Assembly (NCBI GenBank): GCA_963675295.2
Contig: CAXXKJ010000002.1
Location: 1,184,001 to 1,248,000, forward strand
Length of the DNA: 64,000 nt
Direction of reading: 5' to 3'
Origin: a bacterium
Lineage (GTDB): Bacteria; Electryoneota; Electryoneia; Electryoneales; Electryoneaceae
The translations under genes were made by a program, and so were the position numbers. Numbering within the stretch: the stretch's first letter is position 1; the number at the start of each line of letters is the position of its first letter. Positions 8,920 to 19,239 of the stretch are shown one piece after another. Under the pieces are notes generated by a model, which was not told the origin of the DNA, did no database searches, and was given only the letters and a program-made list of their open reading frames with translations.

Positions 8920-9612
8920 ATGCCCACCACCGTCAGCCCATCCGGCAACCGTGACCGGTTGCTCGCTTCTGCCTGGACATTGTTCAGCGAACACGGCTAC
9001 GACCGGACCTCGGTGGACACCATCCTCGCCCACGCCGGCCTGTCAAAAGGCACCTTTTACCACTATTTCGCGGCCAAGGACGACCTGCTGGAGGCGGTTA
9101 CGCGGCAGGTTGTCGAACGGGAAATCGAGGAACTGCGCGATCAGCTGCGTCCGTCCGGATTGACAGCGGTGCAGCGCTTGAACATCGTCTTCACCCGCTC
9201 ACGGCTCTGGCGTTTGTCACGGGTCGGGTCGACGCGTCGTCGGTTGGCAGCCTTGTACCGGTTGGAAAACGCGAAGCTGTTGCGTCGCTGGTCGGATCAG
9301 CAACGCGACCTGCTCGCGCCGTTGATCGCAGAGGTGTTGGACCGAGGCAATGAGGCGGGCTCGATGGCGGTGGCGGACACGGCTGAGACTGCGCCGTTGC
9401 TGGTCGCGATGTTGCAGGCGATGCGTGCGATCCAGGCGGAGGTGCTTCTGTCGATGACCGATTCCGATGTCGCAGCGGAGTTGATCGGACGGCGGATCGA
9501 GCTGTACCTGTCTGCGGTCGAACGGGTGATCGGGATGGCGGAGGGCCGGTTCACCCGTCCCGATCCCGCCTATCTCCGGATCTATACCAAGGCGTGGCAG
9601 GAGCTTGATTGA
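8920..9612 (+). CDS. TetR/AcrR-family transcriptional regulator
   Basis: N-terminal HTH: LFSEHGYDRTSVDTILAHAGLSKGTFYHYFAAKDDLL. Confidence 0.92.
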   Translation: MPTTVSPSGNRDRLLASAWTLFSEHGYDRTSVDTILAHAGLSKGTFYHYFAAKDDLLEAVTRQVVEREIEELRDQLRPSGLTAVQRLNIVFTRSRLWRLSRVGSTRRRLAALYRLENAKLLRRWSDQQRDLLAPLIAEVLDRGNEAGSMAVADTAETAPLLVAMLQAMRAIQAEVLLSMTDSDVAAELIGRRIELYLSAVERVIGMAEGRFTRPDPAYLRIYTKAWQELD

Positions 9613-9646
9613 TCGCGATGGGCGAGGCCAGCAAGCAGCACGGCTT

Positions 9647-9973
9647 TCACTTCACAGCGTTGAGCAGGCTTGTCAACGACGCGCGGTAGGTTTCAAACGC
9701 TTCCCGTCCTCTACGTGTCAGCCGCAGGCTCGTGCGTGGTTTGCGATCCACGAACTCCTTGACCACATCGATGTAGCCGGCGTCTTCTAGCTTCGTCAGG
9801 TGGGTGGAGAGGTTACCGTCGGTGAGCTGCGTCGTGCGCTTGAGGAACACAAAATCCGCCTCGTCGACGACGTACAGGTTCGCCACGATCAGCAACCGTG
9901 CCGGCTGATGAATGACAGGATCGATCTCGGTTGGCTCAACGGGGGGAGAGGGTATCTGCTTCTCCCTGGTCAT
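9647..9973 (-). CDS. Winged-helix transcriptional regulator (MarR/ArsR-like, HTH_34 type)
   Basis: DPVIHQPARL...DFVFLK...LTDGNLSTHLTKLEDAGYI...KPRT...T..GREAF; start overlaps the upstream stop (ATGA). Confidence 0.88.
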   Translation of the reverse strand: MTREKQIPSPPVEPTEIDPVIHQPARLLIVANLYVVDEADFVFLKRTTQLTDGNLSTHLTKLEDAGYIDVVKEFVDRKPRTSLRLTRRGREAFETYRASLTSLLNAVK

Positions 9974-10557
9974 GGTTCGATCTCGATCGGTGTGGTATCG
10001 CGCAGGGCCTTGACCAGCCGCACGGTACCGGCCACGGTCATCACGCCGCCGAGGGTGATCATCGGCACCGCCAGATGCCAGCGCAGAAAGTTGCCGGCGG
10101 TGAACGCGACCGCGGCGAGGACGGCATAGATCACGAACCAGCGGTCCCATCGCAGCCACGCGACAACCATCATCACGACCAGAAACACGCCGCCGAACAC
10201 CAGCAGGAAGTTACGGTGCAGGGTTCCGTGCAGCGTGGAGGTGTCGATCAGCAGCATCGCGGCGAGTGCGGCAAACGCGAGCATCAGCAGCAGGAGTTTG
10301 CCGCCGAGATCGAGCCGCAGGCGTCTTGGTTTCGACAGCTTGACACGTCCGAGGCGGGATTCAATCAGCCGCCGTTGGAAGAGACGGACGAAGGTGACCA
10401 CCAGCATCGGACCGATCGCCGCGAACACGGTTGAGTCAAACGCAACAGCGATCCCGAACACGAGGATGCCGATCCCGATGATCTGGTCGGCAGCGCCGGT
10501 TCCTGTGCTTGCACGGAACACGCGTTGTTCGATGTCGGTCATGTCCAGGTGTTCCAC
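9970..10557 (-). CDS. Hypothetical multi-pass membrane protein coupled to the wHTH regulator
   Basis: About six hydrophobic segments; 4-nt overlap with the regulator gene. Confidence 0.7.
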   Translation of the reverse strand: MEHLDMTDIEQRVFRASTGTGAADQIIGIGILVFGIAVAFDSTVFAAIGPMLVVTFVRLFQRRLIESRLGRVKLSKPRRLRLDLGGKLLLLMLAFAALAAMLLIDTSTLHGTLHRNFLLVFGGVFLVVMMVVAWLRWDRWFVIYAVLAAVAFTAGNFLRWHLAVPMITLGGVMTVAGTVRLVKALRDTTPIEIEP

Positions 10558-10593
10558 GGCGAATCCTCTGCGAAGTTCTTTAGGTCATGAATA

Positions 10594-10610
10594 ACTTTGT
10601 AATACAAAGT
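10594..10610. promoter_or_regulatory. Palindromic operator upstream of the membrane protein-wHTH operon
   Basis: Perfect palindrome ACTTTGT-AAT-ACAAAGT, 37 nt upstream of the operon start. Confidence 0.7.
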
Positions 10611-10803
10611 ACAGAGAAAATTTGATGAAGTCAAGTGGGATACTATGGCCCTAGTCAACAAATGACATTACATTCGAATTTAGCATCTCCGGGGTAAATC
10701 TTCACAGCGCTCTCGAAAAAGTGAATTGTCTATTCTATACAAATCAGAGCTATTATTGCCAAATCTGAAAAAAATGTTGTCTTAACATAGAGAGCAAAAG
10801 ATC

Positions 10804-11964
10804 ATGCCATCTCTCAAAAACCATCACTTTGTACCTCAATTCTATCTTAGAAATTTTTCTAGGGACAGAAAATCAATAGATTTGTATAATATAAATAGCA
10901 ATAGAATAATTGAAGGCGCAAGCATAAGAGATCAATGCTCAAAAGACTATTTCTATGGAAAAGACAACACTCTCGAAAACTATTTTGGTAATATAGAAAG
11001 CAAATTCGCAAATATTATTAAAACTATAATTAATAATAAGACATTTAAGATTTTAAATACTATAGATAAAATCAATATTTGTTCATATATAGTAATACAA
11101 AATTCTAGAACAATTTATTCAATTAATCAGACCAATGATATGGCAGATAAACTACTAAAAACAATATTAAAAACAAAATTGAAGTATGAAAAAGATTATA
11201 AGGGATTAAAACATTTAGATAAAGTTAAAATACATCCTGTTAACTCAATATTTCTTTCTATAGAAAATTCTATTGATAAATATTGGACAATATATGATTT
11301 AAAAATGGCATTATTATATAATAACACTAATAACGCTTTTATTACTAGTGATCATCCAGTGGCATTATATAATAAATTCTATGAAAATATTAAAGATATA
11401 GGAGTCACGGGATTGCAATCTAGTGGATTAATAATCGTCCTTCCATTAAACAGTAATTATGTATTGTTCATGTACGATAGAAAATCATATTCAGTTGGTC
11501 ATAATGAGCTAATAAATATTAGTAATAAAGAAGATGTTGATAATATTAATAAATTACAAATTGCAAGAGCGTACCAAAACCTTTATTTCAATAGCTCAAA
11601 TGTTAATAAAGAGCGAGTATATGAGTGTTATCATAAATATAAAAAGTATAGAAAAGCAGAATTGACAAAAATAACGGAGCATGGGAGAGAAGATTTTAGT
11701 AAAGGCGGAAAAACACTAGTAGTATCACAGCCGGCTAACTATAACGTGCAGTTAGATTTGAAATTTCTTAAAATGCTAAGAAAAGCAGTTAAAAAACGAA
11801 CAAGAAGGTTTTATCAAACAGAGATTAGTATGTATGAGTTTTTAAGAAATCCCAAGCTTGCATCGTTATACGAAAAATATAGAAAAACAAAAAAAGACAC
11901 TGATTTAGATATAGAATTTCATGAATATATGCACGAAATATTGAAAAATTACTCAAATAGCTAA
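10804..11964 (+). CDS. DUF4238-domain protein in an AT-rich islet
   Basis: N-terminal KNHHFVPQFYLRNF and internal FITSDHPV motifs typical of DUF4238; GC about 20-28% in sampled lines. Confidence 0.8.
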   Translation: MPSLKNHHFVPQFYLRNFSRDRKSIDLYNINSNRIIEGASIRDQCSKDYFYGKDNTLENYFGNIESKFANIIKTIINNKTFKILNTIDKINICSYIVIQNSRTIYSINQTNDMADKLLKTILKTKLKYEKDYKGLKHLDKVKIHPVNSIFLSIENSIDKYWTIYDLKMALLYNNTNNAFITSDHPVALYNKFYENIKDIGVTGLQSSGLIIVLPLNSNYVLFMYDRKSYSVGHNELINISNKEDVDNINKLQIARAYQNLYFNSSNVNKERVYECYHKYKKYRKAELTKITEHGREDFSKGGKTLVVSQPANYNVQLDLKFLKMLRKAVKKRTRRFYQTEISMYEFLRNPKLASLYEKYRKTKKDTDLDIEFHEYMHEILKNYSNS

Positions 11965-11988
11965 TAAACGCTTATGTTGCGATAGAGA

Positions 11989-12993
11989 TTAGAAACCCGC
12001 CTGCCGTGCGATTTCCTCGGCGAGTTCGAGCGCGACGGTCGCGTCGAGACCTCCGACGAGCGGCGGGGTATCGGTCGCGACGGCGGTGACGAAGGCATCC
12101 ACCTCACGCTGCAACGCGTCCTCGTTTTTCTTCGCCCGGGTGCGTTTGATCAGGACGCGGAGGTCGTGATCATCCGCGCCGGGGATCGGCAGCGCTTTCG
12201 GGGTGCCGGGTGGGACACGTTTGTAGATTTCCGCCCGCCGTTTTTCGAAGTCCACCGAGATGTAGGCGTCCTCCTGGAACATGCGGAACTTGCGCATTTT
12301 CTTCATCGAGATGCGGCTGGCGGTGAGGTTCGCGACCTTGTTGCCCTTGAACCGGATGTGCGCGTTGCAGATGTCGACAGCTTTCGTCAGCAGCGGCACG
12401 CCGTACGCGTCCACCCGTTCGATTTCGTGTCCCATCCAGTGCAGCAGCACGTCGAGGTCGTGAATCATCAGGTCGTGGATGACGCTGACATCGGCGCCAC
12501 GCGGGGAATACATCGCGAGGCGGTGCGCTTCGACAAAGCTGGGGTGGACGTCGATACCGCGCAGGGCGGTGACACCCGGGTTGAACCGTTCGATGTGCCC
12601 CACCTGCAGGATCAGGCCCTTCTTGTTCGCGAGGTCAACCAGTTCACGCGCATCGGCGGAGGTGGAGGCGATCGGCTTTTCCATCAGCAGGTGCCGTCCC
12701 GCCTCAAGTACCTGCATCCCGACCTGGTGGTGCAACGTGGTCGGCACCGCGCAATCGACCGCTTCGACGTCCGCGATCAGTTTGTCGAGATCGGTGTAGG
12801 AGACGCAGCCGGTTTCCTTCGCGACCGCTGCCGCGCAGGCTTCGTCGGCATCGTACACCCCGACCAGGTTTGCAGCTGGGCAGGCGGCGTGTTTTTGGGC
12901 GTGGAAGCGGCCGAGACGTCCGACACCGACGACGGCGGTGTTGACAACGCGTCCGGGATGAATGATCGATTTGCGGGCCATGGTCTGACTCAC
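11989..12993 (-). CDS. Gfo/Idh/MocA oxidoreductase (GnnA-like subgroup)
   Basis: GVGRLG Rossmann motif, EKP, QVGHIERFNP, DVSVIHDLMIHDLD, ASRIS. Confidence 0.85.
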   Translation of the reverse strand: MSQTMARKSIIHPGRVVNTAVVGVGRLGRFHAQKHAACPAANLVGVYDADEACAAAVAKETGCVSYTDLDKLIADVEAVDCAVPTTLHHQVGMQVLEAGRHLLMEKPIASTSADARELVDLANKKGLILQVGHIERFNPGVTALRGIDVHPSFVEAHRLAMYSPRGADVSVIHDLMIHDLDVLLHWMGHEIERVDAYGVPLLTKAVDICNAHIRFKGNKVANLTASRISMKKMRKFRMFQEDAYISVDFEKRRAEIYKRVPPGTPKALPIPGADDHDLRVLIKRTRAKKNEDALQREVDAFVTAVATDTPPLVGGLDATVALELAEEIARQAGF

Positions 12994-13211
12994 GGTTTTA
13001 CGAATGGGTTTCGTGTATGATACGATCCGGGTGGCCCGGTTTGCTCGTCAAACCGGGTGTCAAGGTTTCCTTGGATGACAGGCAAGGTACGGGTCGGCGT
13101 GCAGGTACGACAGAGCCCCGAGCTCGTGCGGCGGGGTTGTCGTGACGGGGTGCGGCGTCTACTTTGGGCAATCAGACGTGCCCGTTCAAATAACTTGCAG
13201 ACGCGGATGAT

Positions 13212-13284
13212 CCACGACATGAATGTCGTGGGCATGCGATTGTGTCCGAGTCGATTGATCCCAGACATGAATGTCTGGGGCATG
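13212..13284 (-). repeat. Tandem family A REP-like hairpins (variant plus canonical)
   Basis: On the minus strand: CATGCCCCAGACATTCATGTCTGGG and CATGCCCACGACATTCATGTCGTGG (compensatory changes in the stem). Confidence 0.85.
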
Positions 13285-13321
13285 ACGTACTAACGATTTC
13301 AAAGACAAGACCATCAAGAGC

Positions 13322-14464
13322 ATGGCCGACACGAACCCCACACCGATCTTCGACGCGAAAGTGGCGTATGTCTATTCGGACATGCCGTCGTATTCGCGGG
13401 CGAAGAAAACGCTTGAGCTGTTCCGTGACCTGTTCCGCGAGGTGCATTTCATCGGAACACGGCGGCACGTGGCGTGGGACGAGTACGAGCCGGACGGTAT
13501 CACCTGCCATTTCAACCCGCGTGTGCTTGGGTCGGGGCTGGGCACCATTCCCGATGTCGCACGCTTCTACGGCTTCATCCGCAGCAAATTGACCGAAATT
13601 AAGCCGGACGTCGTGGTCGCGGTCAACGAAGAGTACATCCTCCCGTTCACCCTCGGCTTGATGAAGAAACCGCCGCACCTGGTGCTGGACCTGTATGATA
13701 GCATCGGCATGCGGATCGCGGGCAGGGGACGGAAGTTGCGTCCGCTCTTCCGTGCGGTTTCGATGGCGACGATGTTGACTCCAGACGCGCTGGTTGAGGT
13801 CACCGAACAACGGTTGAACTGGCATCCGTACAAGCCGAACGTGACCTCGGTGGTGTTCAATTCGCCGCCACGGTATCCCGACATCAGCCCATTGCCCGGT
13901 CTGCCGGAGAAATTCCTCTATGTCGCCGGCACGATCGAGGACGAGATACACGGTATCGAGCCGTTGTACGCCGCGCTGGAACAGGTGCCGGAGATGCAGG
14001 TGCTGGTAACCGGACTGCCGAAAGGCAGGTTTGTCGAATCGACGTTCCTCAAGCATCCGCGCGTGACGTATCTCGGCCGCCGTCCGTACGAAGAGGTGCC
14101 ACGCATCGCCGCCGCCAGTTCCGGGGTCTACATGCACTACAACCCGGTGCGGTTGAATTATGTCTATGGCGCGCCGAACAAACTGTACGAAGCGATGCAG
14201 GTCGGAGTACCGGTGCTGATCAACCGGGAAGACAAGATCTCGGCGGATGTGCTGGCGACGGGATTCGGGTATGTGTCACCGTTCGGCGACGCGAACGCGC
14301 TCGCGGGCGATTTGCGGATGCTGCTGGACCCGTCGGACGAACTGCGCGCCGGCTGCAAACGTGCGCAGGAAATCTTCGACCATGAGTACGAGTGGAACGT
14401 GATGGCGCGGGAACGTTACACCGCGCTGTTCCGTCAATTGGGGGTCAACGAAACACGGGCCTGA
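13322..14464 (+). CDS. Glycosyltransferase, GT-B fold (GT4-like)
   Basis: YLGRRPYEEV...PNKLYEAMQVGVPV...YEW motifs. Confidence 0.8.
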   Translation: MADTNPTPIFDAKVAYVYSDMPSYSRAKKTLELFRDLFREVHFIGTRRHVAWDEYEPDGITCHFNPRVLGSGLGTIPDVARFYGFIRSKLTEIKPDVVVAVNEEYILPFTLGLMKKPPHLVLDLYDSIGMRIAGRGRKLRPLFRAVSMATMLTPDALVEVTEQRLNWHPYKPNVTSVVFNSPPRYPDISPLPGLPEKFLYVAGTIEDEIHGIEPLYAALEQVPEMQVLVTGLPKGRFVESTFLKHPRVTYLGRRPYEEVPRIAAASSGVYMHYNPVRLNYVYGAPNKLYEAMQVGVPVLINREDKISADVLATGFGYVSPFGDANALAGDLRMLLDPSDELRAGCKRAQEIFDHEYEWNVMARERYTALFRQLGVNETRA

Positions 14465-14467
14465 GCA

Positions 14468-16183
14468 ATGCATGAGACGCACCTGTTCACCGACCTGTTG
14501 ATCCTGTTCGCCGTGGGGTTTGGCGCGGCGATGCTGATGCGTTTGCTCCGTCTTCCCACCCTGATTGGTTTTCTCCTCGCCGGTGTCCTGGCCGGACCTT
14601 CCGGGCTGCACCTCCTTGACGAACACACCATCGAGAGCCTGTCCGAACTGGGCGTGGTGCTGCTGCTGTTCACCATCGGGCTCGAACTGTCGCTGAAACA
14701 GCTGTGGGAATTGCGACGGGAAGCGTTGATCGGCGGCGGATTGCAACTGGCGTTGACGGCGGTGGTTGCCGGTGGTGTAGCAACGTTGCTCGGTGTGGAC
14801 ACCCGTCCCGCGATCGCAATCGGGTTGATGGTGGCGCTGTCGAGTACAGCGGTCGCACTGAGACTGCTCGGCGAACAGGGACGGCTCACCTCACCGCAGG
14901 GACGGATCGCGCTGGCGATCCTGCTGCTGCAGGACATGGCGGTGGTGCCGTTAACGTTGATCATTCCGATGCTCGCTGGCGACGGCGGGCCACTCGATGT
15001 GCTGCGGGTGATCGGCGAGGCGGTGCTGTTTGTTGTGGTGTTGGTCGTGGTCGCGCGCAAGGTGATGCCGTGGGTGCTGGATCGAATCGCGGCGGTACGG
15101 TCGCGCGAGGGCTACCTGCTCGGTGTCGGCGGGATTGTTTTTCTGATCACGTGGCTGACCGGCGCGGCGGGTTTGTCGCCGGCATTGGGGGCGTTCCTTG
15201 CCGGGCTGGTGATCAGCGAAACCGAACACAAACATCTCGCGCTGGCGGAATCCGCACCGTTCCGGGATCTACTGCTGGCGGTGTTCTTCGTCTCGGTCGG
15301 GATGCTGATCAACTTGTACGCGTTGCTCTCGAATCCATGGACGCCATTGCTGATCGGATTGGCCGTATACGTTGGCAAGACCGGTCTGATCGCGGCGATT
15401 GTGCGTGCATTGGGCTATCCATGGCGGATCGGAATCCAGAGCGGGGCGTCAATCGGCCAGATCGGGGAATTCTCGTTCGTGCTGCTGCTGCTGGCGGCAG
15501 AACTGGGCGTTCTCGACACAACGATGGTGCAGCTGATGCTGGCGACGGCCGCGATGACGTTGTTCCTGACACCGTTCGCGGTGAATCTGGCAAACCGTGA
15601 GAAGTTGGCTCCGGAGCAGGCGGCGGATACGCACACTCAGTACGCCGACCCCGTTGTACCACTCGTGCCACGCGTGTTGATCATCGGCTACGGTCCTTCG
15701 GGTCGAGCCACCGCGCGGACACTATCTGCGTTGGGCTTTGAGTGGCACGCGCTGGAGTTGAATCCAGCAACGGTCCGTAACGAGCAGAAAGCCGGAAATC
15801 CGGTGGAGCTGGGGGATGCGTCCCGTCCGGAAGTGCTGGAGGGGGCGGGAGTTCACGATGTCGCTGCGGTGGTGATTACGATCAACGATCGCCGGGCGGT
15901 GCGTCCGATTCTGATGCGGATTCGTCACCTCGCGCCACAGGTGCACGTGATTGTCCGCGCACGGTTCGCGTCGGAGCTGGAGGAGCTGCTCAAGCTGGGC
16001 GCGAACGAGGTTGTGCCGGAAGAAACCGAGGGCGCGCTGACGATTGTGAACAAGGTGATGACGTTCTTCGGGGTCGAGGAACAGGAACGCCGCCGTCGCC
16101 TGAAAGACCTCCGCGCGGAGAATTATTGCATGCGAACCAGCGTGGTTCCGGATGTTCAGGTTCCACGTGCTCCCGAGAAGTAA
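14468..16183 (+). CDS. CPA2 cation:proton antiporter with C-terminal TrkA-N (KTN) domain
   Basis: GVVLLLFTIGLEL, LSSTAV, QD, LGAFLAG, GEFSFV; cytoplasmic IIGYGPSG and GDA. Confidence 0.9.
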   Translation: MHETHLFTDLLILFAVGFGAAMLMRLLRLPTLIGFLLAGVLAGPSGLHLLDEHTIESLSELGVVLLLFTIGLELSLKQLWELRREALIGGGLQLALTAVVAGGVATLLGVDTRPAIAIGLMVALSSTAVALRLLGEQGRLTSPQGRIALAILLLQDMAVVPLTLIIPMLAGDGGPLDVLRVIGEAVLFVVVLVVVARKVMPWVLDRIAAVRSREGYLLGVGGIVFLITWLTGAAGLSPALGAFLAGLVISETEHKHLALAESAPFRDLLLAVFFVSVGMLINLYALLSNPWTPLLIGLAVYVGKTGLIAAIVRALGYPWRIGIQSGASIGQIGEFSFVLLLLAAELGVLDTTMVQLMLATAAMTLFLTPFAVNLANREKLAPEQAADTHTQYADPVVPLVPRVLIIGYGPSGRATARTLSALGFEWHALELNPATVRNEQKAGNPVELGDASRPEVLEGAGVHDVAAVVITINDRRAVRPILMRIRHLAPQVHVIVRARFASELEELLKLGANEVVPEETEGALTIVNKVMTFFGVEEQERRRRLKDLRAENYCMRTSVVPDVQVPRAPEK

Positions 16184-16318
16184 AGAAACTGGCGCTTTTA
16201 CGCTGGACTGCTTGAACGAAGCGGCACAAGTCCGTAGTTTTACAGTATCCGCCTGCCATGAAGGCGGATGTATGTCAGCTTGTATCTGATTATCACGTAT
16301 GCAAGGGGGATTTGAATC

Positions 16319-18493
16319 ATGCGTACCCGACTGTTTGTCGTTCTCCTTATCGCCGTTCTGTTGCTTCCGTTGTCGCCCACTCTCGCCCAGGACAGCTTGA
16401 ATGTCACCCGTGTGAACACGCTTTCCTACTGGGCAACGTGGCTGGACATGGACGTGCAGGGGCAGTACGCGTTTCTCGCCAGTGCGTATGCCGGCGTGCG
16501 AGTGGTCGATTGCAGCACACCGTCCGATCCGCTGGAAGTGGCTGCGTGGCCGGATTGCTACGCGACTTCGCTGACACTGAGCGGGCAGCATCTGTACGTG
16601 ATCGACAACTCAGAACGGCTGGCCGTGCTGGACGTTTCCGATCCGACGCATCTGTCATTCGCAAGCGAATTCACGACGACGGGCATCGTCGCGCAGGTGC
16701 TCGTCTACGGGAATTATGTGTACCTGGTGAAACGGTACGACGAAATCCTGGTTCTGGATATTTCCGATCCCACAGCACCGGTGCAGGTCTCAACGTTGAC
16801 GCTCGAGGGGTACATTGGCACGGTTCAGATCGTGGACCACTACGCGTATGTCGCCTCGATGGACTACGGTCTGCTGGTATTCGACCTCACGGATCCAGTA
16901 AATCCCGCCATTGCCGGACGGTTGGACGTGCCCGGTAACGCCGGGGCCGTTGACCTCACCGTGGCCGGGAACTACGCCAGCGTTCACATTTCCGGCAACC
17001 GGATCGTGATCGCTGACATCTCCGATCCAACGAATCCAACCTATCGTGGCTACTACGAGGAATCGGGCGACATTTATGATCTCTCCGCTGCCGCAAACAA
17101 CCTCTTTGTGGCTACTGGCTTCTACTATGAGGGATTCGGGGCCATCCGCGTGATCGACTTGAGCGATCCAACCTCACCAACGCTGATCCATTCTGAGCCG
17201 GTGCCCGGTTTGCCAACACGGATTCGTAAAACTCCTGGCTATCTCTACCTCAGTGGATACGACACCGGCTTCGTTGTGTTTGATCTCAGCGTATTCCCAG
17301 ATCCCGGCAGCTTTGGCCGGATCAACAAGCCGGGCGACATGTATCGCTTTGACATCGTTGACGATAGCATGTACCAGGCGGCTGGGACGGAGGGGATGTA
17401 CCTGCTTGATATTTCCGACCCGGACAACATCGAGATTTTGAGCAAATTCAGACCGTCTGGCGGCAGCAACCGCGCGATTGTTGACATCGAAGTGGATGAA
17501 GATGTCGCATATATCGTTCGCGAGGACAAGCTTTTTTCGGTGGATGTCAGCGATCCGGCGGCTCCGCAGGAAATCACCTATTACAATTTTGGCAGTGAGT
17601 CGCACCCGTCCATTGTCTTGCGTGGAACAAACCTCTTCCTGACAACGACCTATTCTCTACAGGTCATTGATGTCAGCAACCCGGCAAATCCCACGGAACT
17701 GGATTTCGTCGCAACCGGTGCCAGCAACCTCGACGTCGAGGGTGACTACGCTTACGTCACAGCGCATTCAGGCAATTTCCACATCTATGACGTCAGCAAT
17801 CCGGCGAATGTCACCCTGGTCTCGACCACGTGGTTTGACAATGCCCGAGAGCTGATGAGCATTGATGTCGTGGGTGATTACGCCTACTTCATGTCCGCGA
17901 ACGACGGTCTGTTGATCGTGGATGTGTCCGACCCGGCCAATCCGGTGGAGGTATCCTTCCTTGACCTTCCCGGGACCGGCATGGACCTGTGGTACGATCA
18001 GGGCATGGTTTACACCGAAGGCCCGTTCGGCTATCTCAGCGTCGTTGATGTGCAGGACCCTCAGAATCCGACCATTGCCGGTTATTACGAAACCGGCACG
18101 CGGGTTCGTAGCATACGCACGAACGCAGGCTTGATTTTCGCCAACAACCAGCGCCAGCTCAATGTGTTCGAGTTGATGACGGTGACTGCGACAGTCGCGC
18201 AAACTGGGACAGACACGCCGGTCGCCAGTGAGTTCGAGCTGCTGTCTGCCTACCCGAACCCGTTCAATCCATCAACAACCATCACGGTCGGGCTTCCGGC
18301 AGCCAATCATATGCGGCTCACGGTGTACAATGCACTTGGCCGGAAGGTCGCCGAGTTGGCGGATGGTCAGTATGCGGGCGGGTTGCACTCGTTCACGTTT
18401 GACGCGAGCGGATTGTCGGCAGGTGTCTACTTTGTCAGGGCGGTGGTTCCAGGTCGGATGACGGAAATGCAGAAAGTCCTGTTGCTGAAGTAG
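16319..18493 (+). CDS. Secreted LVIVD-repeat protein with T9SS type-A/FlgD-like C-terminal domain
   Basis: Signal peptide then QDSLN; many [LV]-x-[IV]-x-D-[VI]-S-[DN]-P-x-x-P repeats; AYPNPFNP...SAGVYFV...KVLLLK. Confidence 0.88.
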   Translation: MRTRLFVVLLIAVLLLPLSPTLAQDSLNVTRVNTLSYWATWLDMDVQGQYAFLASAYAGVRVVDCSTPSDPLEVAAWPDCYATSLTLSGQHLYVIDNSERLAVLDVSDPTHLSFASEFTTTGIVAQVLVYGNYVYLVKRYDEILVLDISDPTAPVQVSTLTLEGYIGTVQIVDHYAYVASMDYGLLVFDLTDPVNPAIAGRLDVPGNAGAVDLTVAGNYASVHISGNRIVIADISDPTNPTYRGYYEESGDIYDLSAAANNLFVATGFYYEGFGAIRVIDLSDPTSPTLIHSEPVPGLPTRIRKTPGYLYLSGYDTGFVVFDLSVFPDPGSFGRINKPGDMYRFDIVDDSMYQAAGTEGMYLLDISDPDNIEILSKFRPSGGSNRAIVDIEVDEDVAYIVREDKLFSVDVSDPAAPQEITYYNFGSESHPSIVLRGTNLFLTTTYSLQVIDVSNPANPTELDFVATGASNLDVEGDYAYVTAHSGNFHIYDVSNPANVTLVSTTWFDNARELMSIDVVGDYAYFMSANDGLLIVDVSDPANPVEVSFLDLPGTGMDLWYDQGMVYTEGPFGYLSVVDVQDPQNPTIAGYYETGTRVRSIRTNAGLIFANNQRQLNVFELMTVTATVAQTGTDTPVASEFELLSAYPNPFNPSTTITVGLPAANHMRLTVYNALGRKVAELADGQYAGGLHSFTFDASGLSAGVYFVRAVVPGRMTEMQKVLLLK

Positions 18494-18561
18494 ATGACAG
18501 ATTGGCGCGACGCAAGATCCGGTGAGGCAGGACCTCGTCTGCCTCAATTCCCTGCAAAATG

Positions 18562-19239
18562 CTACAGACCGGAAATCGTTTCGGCATACAGCTCGACGAA
18601 CTCGTTGAGCTGTTTCCGTTTGTATTGCATGATGTAGCGTGGGTGGGCGAGCGGGACGAGTTCGTCGAACAGGCCGAGCCGCTGATTGATCGCCTGGGCG
18701 CGTTTGAAATTCTGCCCGGTCCCGGCGATGATCGCGCGTGGTTTCGCGCCGAACGCAACCTGCTCGCGCAACGTAGCCTCGATGAACGGAGTGACCGCCG
18801 CTTCCAACTCCGGGTCGTCGTAGAAGTTGAGGTTTTTGCCGTCACGCACGAAGCCGTACGGCGACAGGGCGGTGATGTAGACCTGCCGGTAGAACGATTC
18901 CGGCCCGCCCATGCGCCGGATCACCTGGTACACGAACCGGGCGGACAGTTCTGTGCCAGTGCCCAGCGTGTGCTCAATGCCGCAATCTTCGGCCAACGCC
19001 AGCGGGTCGGTGAAACCGATGCCGGTGATGCCGGAGCCGAAACGGCCGGGGTTGATTCCAATCAGGAACGTGCGTGGTTCAGTGTCGCTGAAATAGCGGG
19101 TGAAGAACTCCCGCATCACACGCTGCACTTCATGCTCCGCGTACGGATTCAGCACCCCGGCGGACGCGGGCACAGCGGGCGGAGTGAGGCCGTCGTAAAA
19201 CTGGAGGATCTGCTCGGCGAAGGTTGCCACAACCATCAA
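18562..19239 (-). CDS. SMUG2-like uracil-DNA glycosylase (DUF4918)
   Basis: LIGINPGRFGSGITGIGFTDP, ELSARF, NFYD, LAHPRYIMQYKRK. Confidence 0.82.
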   Translation of the reverse strand: MMVVATFAEQILQFYDGLTPPAVPASAGVLNPYAEHEVQRVMREFFTRYFSDTEPRTFLIGINPGRFGSGITGIGFTDPLALAEDCGIEHTLGTGTELSARFVYQVIRRMGGPESFYRQVYITALSPYGFVRDGKNLNFYDDPELEAAVTPFIEATLREQVAFGAKPRAIIAGTGQNFKRAQAINQRLGLFDELVPLAHPRYIMQYKRKQLNEFVELYAETISGL

